From: Blastocladiella emersonii ATCC 22665
Lineage: Eukaryota > Fungi > Blastocladiomycota
Length of the DNA stretch: 64,000 nt
Reading direction: 5' to 3'
Assembly (NCBI GenBank): GCA_025594325.1
Contig: JANHCV010000007.1
Location: 372,001 to 436,000, forward strand
Part shown: one piece after another, positions 60,192-64,000 of the stretch
Numbering within the stretch: the first letter of the stretch is position 1
How the letters are laid out: every line of letters starts with the position of its first letter
Translations under genes and position numbers: made by a program
Notes under the pieces: model-generated
What the model was told of the DNA's origin: nothing
The model's input: only the letters and a program-made list of their open reading frames with translations
The model's database searches: none

Positions 60192-60913
60192 GGCAGTGAG
60201 GAGTTACGGTCCGAGCCGGGAAGACTCCACTGAGCGACGACTTCGGCGGCGGACCGCAAGAGGTGTGGCGCTCGTCGACCCCTGCCTGCCTCGACGCGGC
60301 GATCATTTCTCATCGCGTGGTCAAACGTGATATCCCGACGCGTCTCCCAAACGCGCCGCCCGAACTTTTTCTGTTCCTGCAACCGACCCCAAAAATTGAG
60401 AGGCCGCGCGAAGAGTCTGATTTCAGAGGGCATCGAGTCGCGCGACGATGAGCGTCGCGCAGCGCAGCGCGTGGCCCGGCGCCGTGTCTCCCTGCTCCTA
60501 CGCGTTCCCGATCCGACATCCGTCCAAACCCGAGCACCGTGCACTTCACCGCGGGAGACGCGCATGCGCAGGTGATGCGCTCGACCTGTTGTTGCTCCCT
60601 GGCGCAGGGTTTAGCCTCCGATTGGAAACCAGGGAAGGCCCAGATTGACAAGGGCCCGACCTGAGTCCTCATGCAACGGATGAACATGACCACAATGGAT
60701 CGCACAAGGGTCGCAAGCTATCCAAGTCGGAGACTTGCTGTGGTGCTCGTTGGTTTGGACAGTTGCTCGCGCCGAGGGGCAGAACCATCGCTCACTGCGG
60801 GAGCTGTCTAGCCCTGTTTAGCTATCTCGGACTCGTGAGCGCAGTTCGCATACTCGTACCATCATGTAAGTTCCGTCAGCCCACTGATACGAACACGGAA
60901 GCTGATTAGTAAC

Positions 60914-63900
60914 GTGGAAACTGCAGGGTCGCCGCTCGATCCCGCCGGCGAGTGCGCGTTCTGGGACTCGACGGCCGCGGCGTGGCAGCGCGACACGGGC
61001 ACGGCCATGAACGTCACGATTCACACGCCCGTAGACTACACGGGTACCTTCTATGTGGGGTACACCTGTGGCTCTTGGAGAGTCGCTAACGCTGTGCGCA
61101 AACGTTTAGTCGACCTCAGCGCGTTCGCGGACGCGGTGACGTACGGCGAGTTTGACGTTGTCCTCGCTGACAGTACGTCCCACTCTTTCCACTCGCTTCG
61201 TCGAGAGCTCACCGCATCCCGGTTCTGTAGTGACCTACCTCCCGCTCCTCGCGCCGGACCTCGCAGTGATCGACCCGGCCACCGTCAAGGGCGACGTGAC
61301 GACGACGGCGTTCACGGCGGCCACTCTCAACGGCACCCTGTACGCCACCATAACTCGCGCAGCTCAATCGTATGATCTGATCACCTCTGGTGTAGCCTCG
61401 GCATCCCCATCGCACTCGACCAGGGTGTGCTGCTGTACCGGCGCGACCTGCTGCTCAAGCACAACTACACGGCGCCGCCCAAGACGGTCCGCCCTGCCCC
61501 TCACACCTCCCTCCCTCCACTCCACACTCACCACCCCTAACGCGCGTGTTTAGTGGACTGACCTCTCCGCCATGACCTCGCGCATCCTCTCGCAGGAACC
61601 CGCTGGCACGCTCGCCGGGTACATGACGGCTTTGCGCTCCGACGACGCCTTCACGTCGTCCACCATCGAGTGGATGGCCGGCGCGGGCCTGGGCCCGTTC
61701 CTCGTGCCCAACGGGACGCTGACGGCGCCGACGACCTCCCCCTCCCGCCTGGCCGCCGTCGCGTCGCTCGCGACCACGTGGCGCGGGCGGATCCGCACGG
61801 GGACCGTCGCGCCGTTCGCCCTCGGCGCGTCGCCCGCGTACGCGATCAAGTACTGGGCCGACGGCCGGGCCGTGTTTCTGCGGTACGGGCTCGCGGCGGG
61901 CGTGGCCGCGGCCGCGCGGTCACGGACGGCCGGGTGGGACTGGGGCGTCACGGGGCTGCCGGGCGAGACGGAGAAGTTTGCGGGCGCGTCGACGGCGGAG
62001 GGGTGGGTCGCGGTCGTGCCGAAGACGGCGGCGGCGTTCAGCGGCGTGGCCGAGCGCGCGGCGCGGTACTTCTTGACGGACGCGGTGCAGCGCGCGATCG
62101 TCACGCAGTTCAGGCTCGCGCCCGCGCGGGCGGCGGTGGCTACGGGTCCGTTGCCGGTCGTGTGGTGGCGGGAGCAAGGGACTGACCGCGGCGACTTTGT
62201 AGACCCGACCATGTGCCCCGCGATCCCGGCGTGCGCGTATAGCCTGAACACTCGCGTACGCTATCCTCTCCACACACCGTGGCCAATCCACTCACACCCC
62301 CTCCCCGTGTAGCTCGTGTACCGCCCCGCCGCCGCTTCGGGCGCCAAGTACTCTGTGGTGTCACAGGCGATCGCCGAGACGTGGCGGAGCGTGCTGACGG
62401 GGCAGTCCGTGGACCCCGCGCGCGCCATCACCGGTCTCTCGTCAACCCTCGCGTCGATCCTGTCGCTCGACGTGCTCGGCCCGCCGACAAACGTGTCGGC
62501 CGACTCGGACCTCGCCCTGCTCGTCACCGGTTTGGGCCTGATCGGCCTATTCGCGGTGTTCAACACAGCGATCGCGCTGACGATCCTCAAAAAGCGCCCC
62601 CGTATCCGCCGGCTCGCGCCGTCGCTCATGACGCTGATGCTGTCGGGCCTGTGTCTCGGGTACATTTCCGTGTTCGTGTACATCGGGGTCCCGACGGCCG
62701 CGACATGCATCCTGCGGCCGTGGGTGCTGGGGACCGCGTTCACGGTGACGCTGGCGGCGTCCGGGTTCAAGAACTTCCGCATCTTCATCGTCGTGTGCAA
62801 CCCCTACGCGAAGACGGCGAAACTCGACGACCGGCAGCTGTTCCGGTGGATCGGCGGGGTGCTCGCCGCGCTCGCGGTGCTGCTGGTCGCGTGGATGGTG
62901 GCGGACCCGCCGCGGCCCATCGTCGTTGACCTGGCCACCTCGCGGTACGTGTCGTGTGGCGGGAGCGGCAACGGCGGCGCGGTGTCGACCTTCTTTCTCG
63001 TCCTCGTGTACCTGTTCATGGCGGTCCTCCTGTGCGTCAACCTGTTCGTGGCGGCCAAGACGCGGCGCGCGGGCAAGGACTACTCCGAGTCCAAGGCCAT
63101 CGGGATCTCCATCCACACGATCACGCTTCTCGCCCTCGTCACGGTGACCCTGACGGCGGTCGAAGGGCTCCCGCAGCCGTTGTATTTTACGGTGCGCGCG
63201 CTCGCGATCCTGATTGCGACGTCCGTGTTCCTCGTCTCCTTCTTCTTCCCCGTCCTCTGGCGCGAGATCAAGCCGCACCTCGGGACCTCCGCGACGCCTG
63301 GGCCAGCGACCATGGCGCTCGCCGTCGCCCCGCCCGCTCCGGCGCCGAAACCAGCACCGGCGGTGCCGGCACCTGAGCCCGCGGCGGCAGCCCTCGTCAA
63401 GGCCGACCCGTCGCTCTCGCACGTCACGGTTCCACAGCCCGACTCGGCATCGGCCCTCGCCGCGCAACTCACCCCGCTCCCGCCCACGGTCCCGCGGCGC
63501 CGCGGGTCCGTCTTCTCGGCGCTCCCGACGTCCATCGACACGGCGACCGCGGCCACGGCGGCCGTGATCGAGGGCGCGCTGACGGCAAGGCGCGGGAAAT
63601 CCGCGCTGCGCCTACAACTCGCGCCGTGGTCCGCGGTGCGGGCCGTGTTCATCCCCTCGCTCCGCATCCTGACGCTCATCTACCTCAGCGACCCGGACGC
63701 GGCGGCCGACGCGATGGGCGTGCTCGACGCGGCCGTGGTGCCGCTGGACAAGGTGACGGGCGTGTACCTGCAGGAGGAGGAGGTGGACGAGGATGATGAG
63801 GCCGAGGGCGGCGGCGCGGCGGGGGGAGGTGGGGAGCCGCAGTCGGTCCTGGTCTCGTTCGTCCTCGACGCGAAACCGTACATGTACGAGGTCATGGCCG

Positions 63901-64000
63901 CGCACCCGGCCGCGGTGCTCGGGTGGGCCGAGGCGATCAATGCGGTGCGTGCCGGGAGCAGGAAGGTCGAGGCCAAGGGCGCGCCAGGCGCTGCGGGCGC
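60914..64000 (+). CDS. Class C (GABA-B-like) 7TM receptor with an extracellular solute-binding-protein domain and a PH-like cytoplasmic tail; 5' end unclear, runs off the window
   Basis: Spliced LGIPIALDQGVLLYRRDLLLKHNYTAPPKT|WTDL (sugar-SBP family 1 style). 7TM at ~62510-63260 with PSLMTLMLSG, CILRPW, KNFRIF and ESKAIG. The tail ends LGWAEAINAV. Confidence 0.85.

Overview
Eukaryotic, intron-containing, GC-rich genomic DNA. Coding introns are mostly 54-69 nt, with GTACGC/GTGCGT/GTCCGC donors, CTRAC branch sites and YAG acceptors. Taxonomic inference: a zoosporic fungus of the Blastocladiella/Allomyces type, based on splice-site style, chitin deacetylase, a ciliary-type EF-hand protein and an SBP-fused class C GPCR. 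Very GC-rich housekeeping blocks (UGDH, CAP-Gly protein, CBM21 PP1 subunit, multi-EF-hand protein, YIP1, CDK10/11-like kinase, caleosin, VAP/Scs2, chitin deacetylase, TKL kinase, GPCR) alternate with visibly lower-GC accessory islands (about 14.4-26.0 kb and 47.6-60.7 kb). The islands hold intact, frameshifted and relic copies of two families: F-box/ankyrin-like plus RNI-LRR proteins, and about 1000-aa DUF4470 (SAM-methyltransferase-like) proteins. Main highlights: (1) An apparently identical 2,566-bp inverted repeat (22232-24797 / 49046-51611) sits inside an older inverted LRR+DUF4470 duplication. It flanks a 24.2-kb core segment and leaves the divergent 3' ends of the two DUF4470 genes inside the potentially invertible segment. 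(2) A small secreted protein with four DLAAGGVAGGIS repeats lies head-to-head with a membrane-anchored HExxH metalloprotease-like gene, whose transmembrane helix starts with a near-identical motif (11/13 aa). (3) That protease gene has an in-frame TAG. No tRNA, rRNA, CRISPR or transposase was recognised. All exon models were built by eye and no database search was run.
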